63,209 nt of DNA, filler included, from Reclinomonas americana ATCC 50394 (GCA_048213135.1; 27 parts of 27 records of this genome joined end to end with filler, not necessarily neighbours in it); one strand, 5' to 3'; shown: positions 10,606-21,694, counted from the whole stretch's first letter. A program made the numbers and translations. The notes: generated by a model not told the origin, from the sequence alone.

Positions 10606-10980
10606 ATGCCCCGCATTGTCGAAATTCGACCGGTCAACTCCACAGTGTTCGAGCATGGCGGCGGAGATTTTGAGGTCCCATCGGAGAGCTTCGAACCCAA
10701 GGTCAGCCTGGTGGCGGCCTCGTCCAGCTGTCTCATCGTCGGGCTGTTCCCCGAGATCGATGGGCCGACGCAGCTTCACATCGGTGCCGCCGAGGATGTC
10801 GATCCGGGCTGGCCGGCGGCTTTTGCAGGCATGGTCGAGACATCAGCCCATGCCTTGATCATCGATACTGTCGAAGAGGAGATCGTCCATCGCCAGGACG
10901 TGCCGTTAAAGATGACAGCCGTCAAAGTGTGGCTCAGCGATCATCGCTGGCCGGAGCCGGTATTTATTGGCATCGATTGA
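10606..10980 (+). CDS. Putative immunity protein 2 (paralog)
   Basis: Shares AAS.SCL.V...PE.DG.T.L..G....VDPG and W.S..RWPE.V.IG.D with 10221-10592. Confidence 0.65.
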   Translation: MPRIVEIRPVNSTVFEHGGGDFEVPSESFEPKVSLVAASSSCLIVGLFPEIDGPTQLHIGAAEDVDPGWPAAFAGMVETSAHALIIDTVEEEIVHRQDVPLKMTAVKVWLSDHRWPEPVFIGID

Positions 10981-11127
10981 GAGCAGGGGCGCTGGATTCG
11001 ACGTAGTACCTAAGTTGGGTCGCTGGACGGCTCACAGGAGCGACGGTATCGCTCAGATCGTCACCATCCCCACCGGAGCATCGAACGCGAAGCTTGGCAG
11101 CGGTCGATGTTGGCCATTATCTAGGAA

Positions 11128-11706
11128 ATGGACCACGTTGGGCAGGCACTCGGGTCGCAACCCTGCGATGGTTCCGTGCGCTCGAAGCCAAGCGAGGTCG
11201 CGGTGGCGAATGTCGAGCCGGACGGCAGCTCTTTCTTCGGCAGGGCGGCTTGGCCGCTTCTCATCCTGTCGGCCGTGCTGGCGGCTTATTTCGGGCTGTC
11301 TTCGCTCCTGCTGCCGTTCTTCGGGGTACCGGACCTCTATACGGGGATCGAACGCTGGATCGTCCCCGCATCAGGCGCGCTCCAGCTTGCGGCTGCTGCG
11401 GTGGCCATGATGCTTATCGCCCGGCGCGAGCTGCGCGGCGCGACCCTCGCCGTGGCCGCGTGCTGGATGATGGGATGGCTCGAGACGCTGCCATCCGTCA
11501 CTCGCAGCGGGCTCGACCTCAACGCCGAAGCGCGGCTCACATCGGCCTCTTTCGTCGCATTGCCCGTTATCGCACTCTCGGCCGCGGTGCTGGCATGGGG
11601 GAACCGTCATCCGGTCCTCGCCGCCCTCATCGTGACGGCACCGACCACGGCCGGCGTCCTGTTCGCCCTCGCCTTCGGGATCATGATCGCGATGTACCGC
11701 TTTTGA
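11128..11706 (+). CDS. Hypothetical integral membrane protein
   Basis: About five hydrophobic segments; start uncertain. Confidence 0.6.
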   Translation: MDHVGQALGSQPCDGSVRSKPSEVAVANVEPDGSSFFGRAAWPLLILSAVLAAYFGLSSLLLPFFGVPDLYTGIERWIVPASGALQLAAAAVAMMLIARRELRGATLAVAACWMMGWLETLPSVTRSGLDLNAEARLTSASFVALPVIALSAAVLAWGNRHPVLAALIVTAPTTAGVLFALAFGIMIAMYRF

Positions 11707-11784
11707 GCCGCGACGCCGGCGCCGCTTCCGCGCATGAGCGGACCTCCGCAACAGATTGATGAGCTGCCCGGAGGTCCGCCTTGA

Positions 11785-12759
11785 TCACGGCCAGACAGGT
11801 GCGCCGTCCAGTCCTGCGGTTTCCGGCAGGCCGCAGATCAGGTTCGCATTCTGCACCGCCTGGCCCGCCGCTCCCTTGCCCAGATTGTCGACGACGCCCA
11901 GCGCGATCACCAGGTTGCGCTCCGGATCGGCCGCATAGCTGACGAATGCGAGATTCGAGCCGGTCGCCCATTTGGTCTGCGGCGGCTTCTCGGTCACGCG
12001 GACGAAGGAGCGCCCGGCATAGAAGCGCCGGGCTGAATCCAGGCATTGCTCCGTGGTGGCGTGGCCGCGGCAGTAGATGGTGGCGAGGATGCCGCGGGTC
12101 ATCGGCACCAGATGCGGCGTGAACACCAGCCCGGCCGCGCTGCCGCCGCTCAGCCGCTCGATCGTCCGGGCGATCTCGGGCATGTGGGTGTGCCTGAGCA
12201 GGCCGTAGGGCACCAGGTTCTCGTTGCTCTCGGCGTAGCCGAACTTGCTGTCGCCGCCCCGGCCGGCGCCGGAGATGCCGCTCTTGACGTCGATGACGAT
12301 ATTGCCGGGCTCGATCAGCCTGTCGGCCAGCAGCGGCGCCAGCGCGGTCAGCGTCGCAGCGGGAAAGCAGCCGGGATTGGCGATGCGGGTCTGGCCCTCG
12401 ATCTGGGCCGGCCAGATATCGGCCAGGCCATAGGCCCAGCCGTTGACATAGCGGTGGTCGCCGCCGATATCGACGATCTTCACGTCCCTGGGGACGCGCG
12501 CCAGCGCCTCGGCCGAGGCGCCCGTGGGCAGCGAGGCGAACAGCAGGTCGAGCTTCGGCAGGGTCGCAGGGTCCCATTTCTCGATCACCAGCCCGGCCAG
12601 CTTGGTCGGCACACCGGGGAAACGGTCGACCAGACGGCTGCCGGCGCTGCTCTCGCCGGCGGCGTAGACCAGCTCGAAGGACGGGTGGCTCGCAATCAGG
12701 CGCAGCGCCTCGCCGCCGCCAAAACCGCTGATGCCGACAATGCCGACGCGAATGCTCAT
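11785..12759 (-). CDS. argC: N-acetyl-gamma-glutamyl-phosphate reductase (type 1 ArgC)
   Basis: IANPGCF, KSGISGAGR, FTPHLVPMTRGILAT, DNLGKGAAGQAVQNAN. SD AAAGGA. Confidence 0.97.
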   Translation of the reverse strand: MSIRVGIVGISGFGGGEALRLIASHPSFELVYAAGESSAGSRLVDRFPGVPTKLAGLVIEKWDPATLPKLDLLFASLPTGASAEALARVPRDVKIVDIGGDHRYVNGWAYGLADIWPAQIEGQTRIANPGCFPAATLTALAPLLADRLIEPGNIVIDVKSGISGAGRGGDSKFGYAESNENLVPYGLLRHTHMPEIARTIERLSGGSAAGLVFTPHLVPMTRGILATIYCRGHATTEQCLDSARRFYAGRSFVRVTEKPPQTKWATGSNLAFVSYAADPERNLVIALGVVDNLGKGAAGQAVQNANLICGLPETAGLDGAPVWP

Positions 12760-12783
12760 GGTGATGTCCTTTGGGGTTCGGGC

Positions 12784-12819
12784 AAAGAAAAACCCCCGGA
12801 GCCGAGGGCTGCGGAGGTT
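12784..12819 (-). terminator. Intrinsic terminator (attenuator) in the argC leader
   Basis: Minus strand reads AACCTCCGCAGCC-CTC-GGCTCCGGGGGTT then TTTCTTT, about 25 nt before the argC ATG. Confidence 0.85.
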
Positions 12820-12869
12820 CAGGAATGCGGGCCGGGGTCTTCCGGCGAGTGGGACCTACAGTGAGGCAG

Positions 12870-12968
12870 TCACCACGCGGAAGGACGCTGATCGACGCGC
12901 AGCCAGGAAGCCGCCGCTTGGATGAAGCGGCGTCGGCGTCGGTCGCAAAGGGTCCGGTTCCTGAGCAT
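12870..12968 (-). CDS. Putative Arg-rich leader peptide MLRNRTLCDRRRRRFIQAAASWLRVDQRPSAW
   Basis: 32 aa with 9 Arg, including five consecutive codons CGA CGC CGA CGC CGC (12927-12941). Lies between the promoter and the terminator. Confidence 0.75.
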   Translation of the reverse strand: MLRNRTLCDRRRRRFIQAAASWLRVDQRPSAW

Positions 12969-12975
12969 GTCCGAA

Positions 12976-13004
12976 ACAGTGTCGCTGCCTACATTCATCG
13001 TCAA
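12976..13004 (-). promoter_or_regulatory. Putative sigma70 promoter for the argC leader
   Basis: TTGACG-N17-CACTGT, then 7 nt to the leader ATG, suggesting a leaderless transcript. Confidence 0.6.
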
Positions 13005-13061
13005 GCGGAATGTCCGCTGGCCATCCAAGGCAGACGAGCCAAACTCTGCGGCCGAGCGCAC

Positions 13062-13095
13062 AAAACGAACCCGCGCCGCCCATCCGAGCGGCGCG
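13062..13095 (-). terminator. Probable terminator of malate synthase
   Basis: CGCGCCGC/GCGGCGCG stem followed by GGTTCGTTTT just after the aceB stop. Confidence 0.65.
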
Positions 13096-13107
13096 AGACC
13101 AGTCAAC

Positions 13108-13366
13108 TCAACCCAGCTTGCCGTAAGCCGGCACGGTCAAAAACTCCTCGAACTCCGGCGCCAGCGAAAGCTTCGAGAACAGGTCGATCGCCTCGGGGAA
13201 GCGGCCCTTGTCATAGGCCTCGGCGCCGAGCTCGCTTTTCACCCGGGCCATCTCCTCCGGCAGGCAGCGCTTGAAGAGGTCGGCATCGACCCTGGCGCCG
13301 CCTTCGAGTTCGACGCCGTACTGGACGAACTGCCAGATCTGGGCGCGGCTGATCTCGGCGGTCGCG
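13108..13366 (-). CDS. aceB: Malate synthase A, C-terminal fragment
   Basis: Manual translation ATAEISRAQIWQ...FEEFLTVPAYGKLG*; not in the ORF track. Confidence 0.9.
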
Positions 13367-13466
13367 NNNNNNNNNNNNNNNNNNNNNNNNNNNNNNNNNN
13401 NNNNNNNNNNTTAATTAATTAANNNNNNNNNNNNNNNNNNNNNNNNNNNNNNNNNNNNNNNNNNNN

Positions 13467-13886
13467 CCCTATCGTGGGTCGGCTCCCGCGATCAACGACC
13501 TCGTCGCCGGCCATGTCACGGCGATGATCGACGGTACCGCCGTGCCGATGGCACGCGAGGGCGCGCTGCGGGCGCTCGGCGTCACCGGGCCGAAGCGCTC
13601 GGCCGCCCTGCCGGATGTGCCTACCATCGCCGAGGCGGGCGCGCCAGGCTACGAGTTCGCCTCCTGGCACGGACTCTTCGTGCCGGCGAAGACGCCTGCG
13701 GCGATCGTCGGGCGGCTCAATGCCGAGCTCAACAAGGTCGTCGCCGACCCTGCGGTGCGCGAGCGCATGGCGGCACTCAACATCGATCTGGTCGGCGGCA
13801 CGCCGGCCGCCTTCGGCGATTTCATCAAGGCCGAGGCCGGCAAGATCGCGGAGCTCGTCCGCATCTCCGGCGCCAAGGCGAACTGA
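13467..13886 (+). CDS. Bug/TctC tripartite tricarboxylate transporter binding protein, partial
   Basis: LRALGVTG.KRS.ALPDVPTIAEAG, W.GLFVPAKTP. Confidence 0.93.
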   Translation, partial: PYRGSAPAINDLVAGHVTAMIDGTAVPMAREGALRALGVTGPKRSAALPDVPTIAEAGAPGYEFASWHGLFVPAKTPAAIVGRLNAELNKVVADPAVRERMAALNIDLVGGTPAAFGDFIKAEAGKIAELVRISGAKAN

Positions 13887-13896
13887 GGGCAGGACG

Positions 13897-14485
13897 ATGC
13901 CGGACGCAGCCGCCGACCGTTACGAGGAACTCGCCGGCGAGGCCGTTCCGCCGGCGCAGGCCGCGTCAGAGGTGCCCCGGCGCAACCACGTCCTGTTCGT
14001 GACGGTCGACCAATGGCCGGCGCGGCTGCTCGGCATCGCCGGCCATCCGGTGGTGGAGACGCCGACGCTCGACCAGATCGCCCGTGTCGGCACGCGCTAC
14101 ACCAACGCCTATGCCGAGTGTCCGATCTGCATCCCGGCGCGGCGCTCGATGATGACCGGCACCAGCCCGCGCGGCCATGGCGACCGCGAGTTCCAGCCGG
14201 CCCTGCCGATGCCGGCGCAGCTGCCGACCCTGGCGCAGAGCTTCCGCGACGCCGGCTACCAGACCGCGGCGGTCGGCAAGCTGCATGTCTATTCGCAGCG
14301 CAACCGCATCGGTTTCGAGGAGGCGCTGCTGGCGGAGGAGGGGCGCGGCCATCTCGGCGGCGTCGACGATTACGAGCTCTTCCTCGCCGATCGCGGCTAC
14401 CCCGGCCAGCAGTTCATGCACGGCATGAGCAACAATGAATATGGCTGGCGCAGCTGGCACCTGCCGGAGGAGCTGCACGTCACCA
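13897..14485 (+). CDS. Sulfatase, 3' partial
   Basis: TPTLD, CIPARRSMMTG (CxPxR), GYQT..VGKLH. Confidence 0.93.
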
Positions 14486-14585
14486 NNNNNNNNNNNNNNN
14501 NNNNNNNNNNNNNNNNNNNNNNNNNNNNNTTAATTAATTAANNNNNNNNNNNNNNNNNNNNNNNNNNNNNNNNNNNNNNNNNNNN

Positions 14586-14790
14586 AGGAATTCCCGAAGG
14601 TCTTGGAGAACAGCACCTCGTGGAAATTGAAGAGCACCGGCGAGAAGGCGACCTCGCCCATCAGCAGCGAGATCTGGGTGCGGAAGCCGGCGGCGACCGT
14701 CCAGATCACCGGCACCAGCACGATCGCCGCGCTGACGAGGAGGGCGACGTGGATCGGCCAGCCCGAGGGAGCGCCCGACCGGCCGCTCAT
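14586..14790 (-). CDS. Carbohydrate ABC permease 2, partial
   Basis: Hydrophobic N-terminus, overlapping the upstream permease stop. Confidence 0.8.
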
Positions 14791-15594
14791 GCCCGGCCCT
14801 CCGAGCGTCGGCGCGCCGACAGCGCCACCACCAGTAGCAGGCAGACCAGGAAGATCACCGTCACCGACATCGCCGAGCCGTAGCCTGCCTTGTCCTCGGT
14901 GAAGAAGCGCTGGTAGAGCGTGAAGCTGATGACTTCCGTCGCCGTGCCCGGCCCGCCCTTGGTCAGCAGATAGACCTCGTCGAAGACTTTGAAGGCGAGG
15001 ACGAGGCGGAAGGCGAAGGTGACGACGATGGTCGGCACCATCAGCGGCAGGGTGACATAGAGCAGCTCCTGCCAGGCATTGGCGCCATCGATCTTGGTGG
15101 CCTCGTAGACGTCCTGCGGCAGCGATTCCAGCCCGGCCAGGAAGAGCAGGAAGCAGAACGGCGTCCAGTGCCAGATATCGACCATGATGACCGAGAGCAG
15201 CGCGATCCGGCCATCGCCGAGCCAGTCGACCGGCCCGAGCCCGACGAGGCCGAGGATCTGGTTCGCCAGCCCGAAATCGAAATTGAGCATCAGCTTCCAG
15301 ATCGCGCCGATGACGATGCCGGGGATCAGGATCGGCAGAATGAAGATCGTCCGATAGAGCACGCGCGCCCGGCTGACCTTGCTGACCAGCAGCGCCAGCG
15401 AAAAGCCGAGCAGCATCTGCCCGGTCACCGCCCCGAGCGCGAACAAGCCGGTGTTCCAGAGGCCGGCGCCGAACAGCGCATCGCTGAACAGGGCCCGGTA
15501 GTGGTCGAGCCCGGCCCAGCTACGCACCGCCCGGCCCTCGGCCCAGGCGACGTTCTGGAAACTGGTGAGGACGAGCCCGACGAGCGGGATGATG
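14787..15594 (-). CDS. Carbohydrate ABC permease 1, partial
   Basis: EAA loop (DVYEATKIDGAN), FDEVYLLTKGGPG. Confidence 0.93.
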
Positions 15595-15694
15595 NNNNNN
15601 NNNNNNNNNNNNNNNNNNNNNNNNNNNNNNNNNNNNNNTTAATTAATTAANNNNNNNNNNNNNNNNNNNNNNNNNNNNNNNNNNNNNNNNNNNN

Positions 15695-18600
15695 CAGTGA
15701 CAGTTGGTGGCAACGGACTGCTGCTGCCGACGGGAACGCCGCCGTTCACGTTCAGTGTGTGCGTGCAGTACTCGCCGACACCTGGATCGTACTTCAAGGT
15801 CGGGACGACGGAGTTCACTGGAGGTGAGTTGATTGTGGGGGGAAGAGGGGAGGGGAATCGGAGGAGAAAATGAGTTGGATGGCTGACTGTGTGGCACACA
15901 ACAGTGTCGACGACGTCTGGATTCACTCCGAGTGTGATCAATCGAGTGGGAGCTGGAGCGGCGTTTACGATTCTCGGGCGCGGTCTGTCGACGAATGATG
16001 TTGTGCGACTGGAGGTGGGATCGACGTGCACGGCGAGTGGCGGCAGCTTCCCGGTGATGGTGAATGGATCGGTGAGCGGCGGACCGGGAGCGCGACAACT
16101 GGCGGTGACAGCGCAAGGTGCGACGGTGGCGACCGTGAGTGCTGGGAATTGTGCGGTGTGCATTCGGTTCGGCAACGTCGGCAACTTTTCACTGGTTGGA
16201 TCGGTACAACTTGCTGTGGCCGAGGTGACGTCTGTGAACCCAACGGCGATGGTGCGATTGAGTGGACGGAGTTTGCGGCTGTCGGGAACGGCGCTTGCGA
16301 ATGCTGGATCAGATGCACTGGCGTACCTCATCGCGGCAGACTGCACGGTACCGAGCACGGCTGCGCCGACTGCCGTGGGGACTTTGACACACACGTGGAC
16401 GAGTACGTCGCTGGTTGCACTTGTCGTTGACGCGACGAGCATTCCGGTGGGATCGTACAAGATCTGCGTGCGGTGGCAGTCGACGGCGCTGTACTCGACG
16501 ACCGCTGTGACGCTGATCAATGTTGGTGAGTTTTGCGAAGGAGCCTGGTGGTGTGCGTCTCTTGTGTTCCTGTTGTGCTTGTTCGCTGACTGATCCATCT
16601 CTCTGCGTGTCTCATCCAGTGTCATTCGGGTCGCTTGTGCCGCTTGCGGTGGGCGCTGTGGCATCGCAGCCGCTGAGTGTGACGGGTACGTGGTTTGTGA
16701 ACGTGTCTGGTGATGGAGCGGCGTTCGTGATTGCGACATCGTGCGGATCGACGGCGTCGGCGGCGGTGATTAGTGTGTCAAGCGGGACGTACCTCAGCGG
16801 GTCGACGAGCATGAGTCTGCTGTCGACTGCCAGTGGTGTTGCCGGCGGCGTGTACAGCTTGTGTGCGCGATGGAGCAATGCGACGCACGCGCAGTACTCG
16901 TTGGTGTCGCCGATCAACGTCAGTTGCGTGACTTGATTGTCTCGTTTTGGCAACGACGGGTGCTGACGTGATTTGTTGTGTGCGCGCTGCAGGTACATTC
17001 AGCACAACATCGGTGCCGGCTGTGAATGCGCGATCAGGCCAGGTGGTGACGCTGAATGGGGCGGGCTTCTTGGACCTGCGGTCAGTGACGCTTGGTGCGG
17101 CCTTTGATGCGTCGGCCATTATTATCGCGGCCAGCTGCTCGACCCCGACAGCGACAGCGCCGACTGTGGCAGCCAACACGTCTGTTGTTGTGAGTGGGTA
17201 TGCGGGGACGACGCAGATGACGTTGACGATTGATGCGACTGGAGCGACGGGAGCTGCGCGGCAGCTGTGTGTGCGATGGAGCAGCACGGTGCCGTACATT
17301 TCGGTGTTGCCGCTGAGTGTTGGTGAGTGAGTGTTTGTGCAATCTGAGTGGTCGAGGCGGAAGTGGGCGAAGAGGGATAGAGAGACAGGAGGGGAGTGGC
17401 TTGATGATAACTCACTGAGCGTGTTTCGCCGATGCAGCGTCATTCAGTGCCACGACACCGCCCACTGTGGAGCCGCTTGCGGGACGCACTGTGACTCTCT
17501 CGGGACTCGGCTTTGTGGATGTTTCGGCTGATAGCGGGGCGTTTGTGGTGGCAGCATCGTGCAGTGGGTCGCCGACGTCGGTGGCCACGGTGACCAGCAT
17601 CCAGTTTGTGAGCGCGGCGTCGATTGTGCTGACGGTGGATGCGAACGGAGCGAGCAGCATTGGTCAGCGGCGTGTGTGCGTGCGATGGGCGCCGTCGGAC
17701 CCGTACCAGGATGCCTTGCCGCTGAATATCGGTGAGCGGGCGTCGAAATTATGGAGTGGCGCTGAGTTGATGCTGACTCCGTTGTGTGCGTGTGATCAGC
17801 CAATGCAACTTCGTTCACGCCTGAGACGGTGCTGGCGGCGACGGCCAGTGCGCAGTTCACGATCACTGGCGTGTACATTGATGCGGCGAGCCAAGTGCGA
17901 TTCGAGCCGGGGACACTGTGCAGCGGCAGCGGGGGTGGTGTGATGGGAACCGTGAATGCCAGTGGCACATCGACACTTGGCGGTGGTGCGACGACACTGA
18001 CGATCAGCGTGGGTGGCGGCGGATTGCCGAGTGCTGAGTACAGCCTGTGCATTCGGTTCTCGGCACTGGGGACGTACTTCAAGGTGCCGGGCAACGTGTT
18101 TGTTCGTTGCGTGCGGCGGAGAATTGTGTTGCCATTGTGATGGAGGTCATCTGGCGCTGAGGTGGACTGACATGGTTGGTCTGTTGTTCTTCACACAGCG
18201 TCGACGCAAGGGTTTGGGCCAGTGTCTATCTCGGCGGAGGTTCCGACGGCGTCGGTGACGGTGAGTGGCGTTGCTCTTGACATTTCGCGGACGGTGACGC
18301 GAATGCGACTGGAGACCGGAACGAGCTGTGCGACGATGACGAGTGGCGGTCTTCAAGTGGCGACGCTGTCGTCGAATGTGGCGCGCACACAGATTGTGGG
18401 TGTGATTGGCGGGGTGGGTCTGCTGTTGCAGGCGACTCCTCCGGACACGTTCAGTGTGTGCGTGGAGTATCTGGCGCAGCCGGGTGTGTTTGTCAAGGTC
18501 GGGAGCACGGAGATTGTCGGAGGTGTGTGGCAGAGAGAGAAGGCGGGGGAAGAGATATGGTGCGGTGGACTCACTGTGAAGTGCGCAGTGGCACTTGGAA

Positions 18601-19603
18601 CGGCGTTTTCGCCGGCGCGCATCCGGGCCGAGGCTGGCGGCGACAAGTTCACCTTGAGTGGCCTCGCATTGCGGGCGTCGGATGTTGTGCGACTGGAGGC
18701 TGGTGTTTCGTGCACGCCTGGAGCTGGTGCTGCGGGAGCGCTTGCGTCGTTCCCTGCGACGGCACTGGTGATGGGCGGCATGGCTGGAGCACGTACAACG
18801 GTGATTACGGTGCCGACTGACGCGTGGGTTCCAGTGAATGCGTATGCGGTGTGGTGAGTGGGGTGAATGAGAGGAAAAGATGGAGGGTGGTCTGTTTAGC
18901 GACGATGATTTGCGGCGACATGTTGCTTACTGTGTGGATACGTGGTGCAGCATCCAGTATGGCGGCGCTGGCAGCTTCTCGCAGATCTCGACGACGCAGT
19001 TGACAGCATGTGAGTGGCGACGAGGATGATGATGATGATGATTGCAGGTTGTACCTGGATTGGTTTTGACGTTTTGCGGTGCACAGATCCGACGGCAGAA
19101 GGATTCCAGCCGAATCTGATCAATGCCGAGGAAGCGGGCGCTGCGCTGACGGTGCTCGGGCGTGGACTGGCAACACCAAACGTGGTGACCCTTGTCGCTG
19201 GCTCAACGTGTGCTGGAGTGGCGACACCTGTGCCGCTGCAGAGCACGGCCGAGACGGGCATTGCTGGAGCACGACAACTGGTGGCGAAAGCGGCGTCGGT
19301 GAACGACCTGCTTGCGGTGGGACCGTACAGCGTGTGTGTGCAGTTCCCTCCGGATCCGATAGTGTATCAGGCGGGAGCGAGTGTCATCACTGCAGGTGTG
19401 TGTGAGAGCGACAGAGTGTGTTTATTTGTCGTGTGTGTGTCTCATTTATAACCCTGTTTTGTGCTGCAGTGGGATCTGGCATCAACTTTTCACCTGTGAC
19501 GGTGTCGTTGGAGTTGGTGGGAGCGCCAGTGACTGTGACAGGTCGTGCACTGTCGCTGCTGGACACCATCACGCTGCAGAGTAGCGCTGCGTGTGATGGT
19601 TCT
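15695..19603 (+). CDS. Large eukaryotic multi-exon protein of tandem ~100-aa Cys-paired Ig/IPT-like repeats (partial)
   Basis: Recurring unit F(S/T)P..I...G...T(L/V).G.GL...C...GAR.L...G.Y.VC..W across GT..AG-bounded exons. Confidence 0.8.
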
Positions 19604-19703
19604 NNNNNNNNNNNNNNNNNNNNNNNNNNNNNNNNNNNNNNNNNNNNTTAATTAATTAANNNNNNNNNNNNNNNNNNNNNNNNNNNNNNNNNNNNNNNNN
19701 NNN

Positions 19704-21594
19704 GGATGCGCCTGCGATCCCACGTCTGGACGGTCGCATTGTGCGACTGAACGGTGCATTCATGGTGGATGTGTCGACTGACACATCGGCTCTGCTGATT
19801 GCTGCATCGTGCACGACTCCAAATTCGAATGCACCAACTGCGGTCGCGGGCTTGAGTGTTGTCAGCTCGTTTGTGAGCGGCACTGTGACGTCACTTGTTG
19901 TGAATGCATCAACGGTGACGAGTGGGTCGTACTCTGTTTGTGTACGATGGCTTCCAACGAGCGCGTATTCGACTGCGGCGGCGCTCAACGTCGGTAAGCT
20001 TGTTGTGTGTGTTGTGTGCTTGATTTTCTTGCAATCATGGCACTGAGCACTCTCTCTGTGCGCCTTGTTGCACAGTTACCACGACGTCGATTTCGCAGAC
20101 GACAGTGAGTGCGCTGGCCGGTCGTTCGCTGACTCTTGTCGGCGCCAATCTGGTGAGCGTATCGGGCGATGCGCTGGCGTTTGTGATCTCGCCATCATGT
20201 ACGACTGTGATGGCGGCTGCATCGACGTCGATTACGTCGGCGTTTGTGTCGTCGACACGGATCGACATGGTTGTGAACGCGGCGGGCGCGACGTCGGGAG
20301 CGTACAAACTGTTGCGTTCACTGGGAATGCAGAGTGCGGTGGATGTGATGAGTGCGGTTGACTGACGCCACAAGCATTGCGCGTGTGATTATTATGTGCA
20401 GGTGTGTGCGGTGGTCGTCGAGTGCGCATGTGCAGTACAGCGAAGTGTCGACGTTGAGCATTGGTGAGTTGTAATCGAGGTGATGACAGGGAGAGTGGCA
20501 AACGTCACTGACAGCGCATCATGCACGCAGCAACGTACACATCACTGTCGGTGGTGTATGTGAATGCGCGAGCGAATCAGGTGGTGACGCTCAGCGGCGG
20601 CGGATTCGCGGATCTGACGGCCGCAACACTGGGCGGCAGCTTCGACAGCGGGGCGATTGTGTTGTCGGCATCGTGCACCAGCACGCCGGTGGTGGCGGTG
20701 GCGAACAGCAGTGTGGTGTGCGCGCAGTACGGAGGCGTGGGAACGATGGTGTTGAATGTGGGTGCCAACATGGTGACGTCTGGCACATACAAGATGTGCA
20801 TTCGGTGGAAGAGCTCTGTGGCATACGATGACACTGGTCTCACGCTTGGAGTCGGTGAGTTTTTCCTTTCCCTTCCTCCGTTGCCTGTGTGCATGGGCGC
20901 AGCAGGTGATCAACTGACTCTGTGACGTGCACAATGCAGGCGGTGTGCAAGCCGTGTCGCCGCCAGCCGTGCTGCAGAAAGTGAACCAAGTTGTTTCGCT
21001 GACTGGCGCCGGGTTTGTGGACGTGAGCGGTGATGCGAATGCTGTGATTGTTGCGGCGTCGTGCTCGGTGCCGAACACGGTGGCTCCGACGGCAGCGGCA
21101 CCGGTCGTGGTGCAGTATGTGGATTCGTCGACGATCAAGCTGACAATTGATGGACGTTTGGCTGCGGCGGGGACGTATCGTGTGTGCACAAGATGGGCGC
21201 CGACGCAGGCGTACCAAGATGCGATTGCACTGAATGTCGGTACGTAGTGGAGGATGGATGTGTGATGGTGTAGACGCATTGGCTGAATTTGTACACGACA
21301 CAGCCACTGTGAGCATGGTGGTGCCGCCTGCGATGGGCACACGAGGAGTGGAGCGAGTGCGATTGATTGGTGGCGGTCTGCTGAGTACAGCGACGGATGC
21401 AAACTCGATCGTGTTGGCCACAGACACGACGTGCGCGACTGTGGTGCCGACGGTGAGCATCAGCAGCATCAGCAGTGTGAGCAGCAGCGAGGCTCGTGTG
21501 TCGGTGACGACGAATGCGACACCGGCCGGGTTCTATCCAGTGTGCATGCGATGGACGAGCAGTCTGCCGTACTTTGCGACAGACGTCGGTGTGC
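19704..21594 (+). CDS. Same repeat-protein family, partial
   Basis: AASC...P, G.Y..CVRW and GFVDVS.D units; phase-1 introns between domains. Confidence 0.8.
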
Positions 21595-21694
21595 NNNNNN
21601 NNNNNNNNNNNNNNNNNNNNNNNNNNNNNNNNNNNNNNTTAATTAATTAANNNNNNNNNNNNNNNNNNNNNNNNNNNNNNNNNNNNNNNNNNNN

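Noticed and set aside
8060..21594. Bacteria-to-eukaryote horizontal transfer suggested by adjacency
   Set aside because: Every junction is a linker, so adjacency carries no information.
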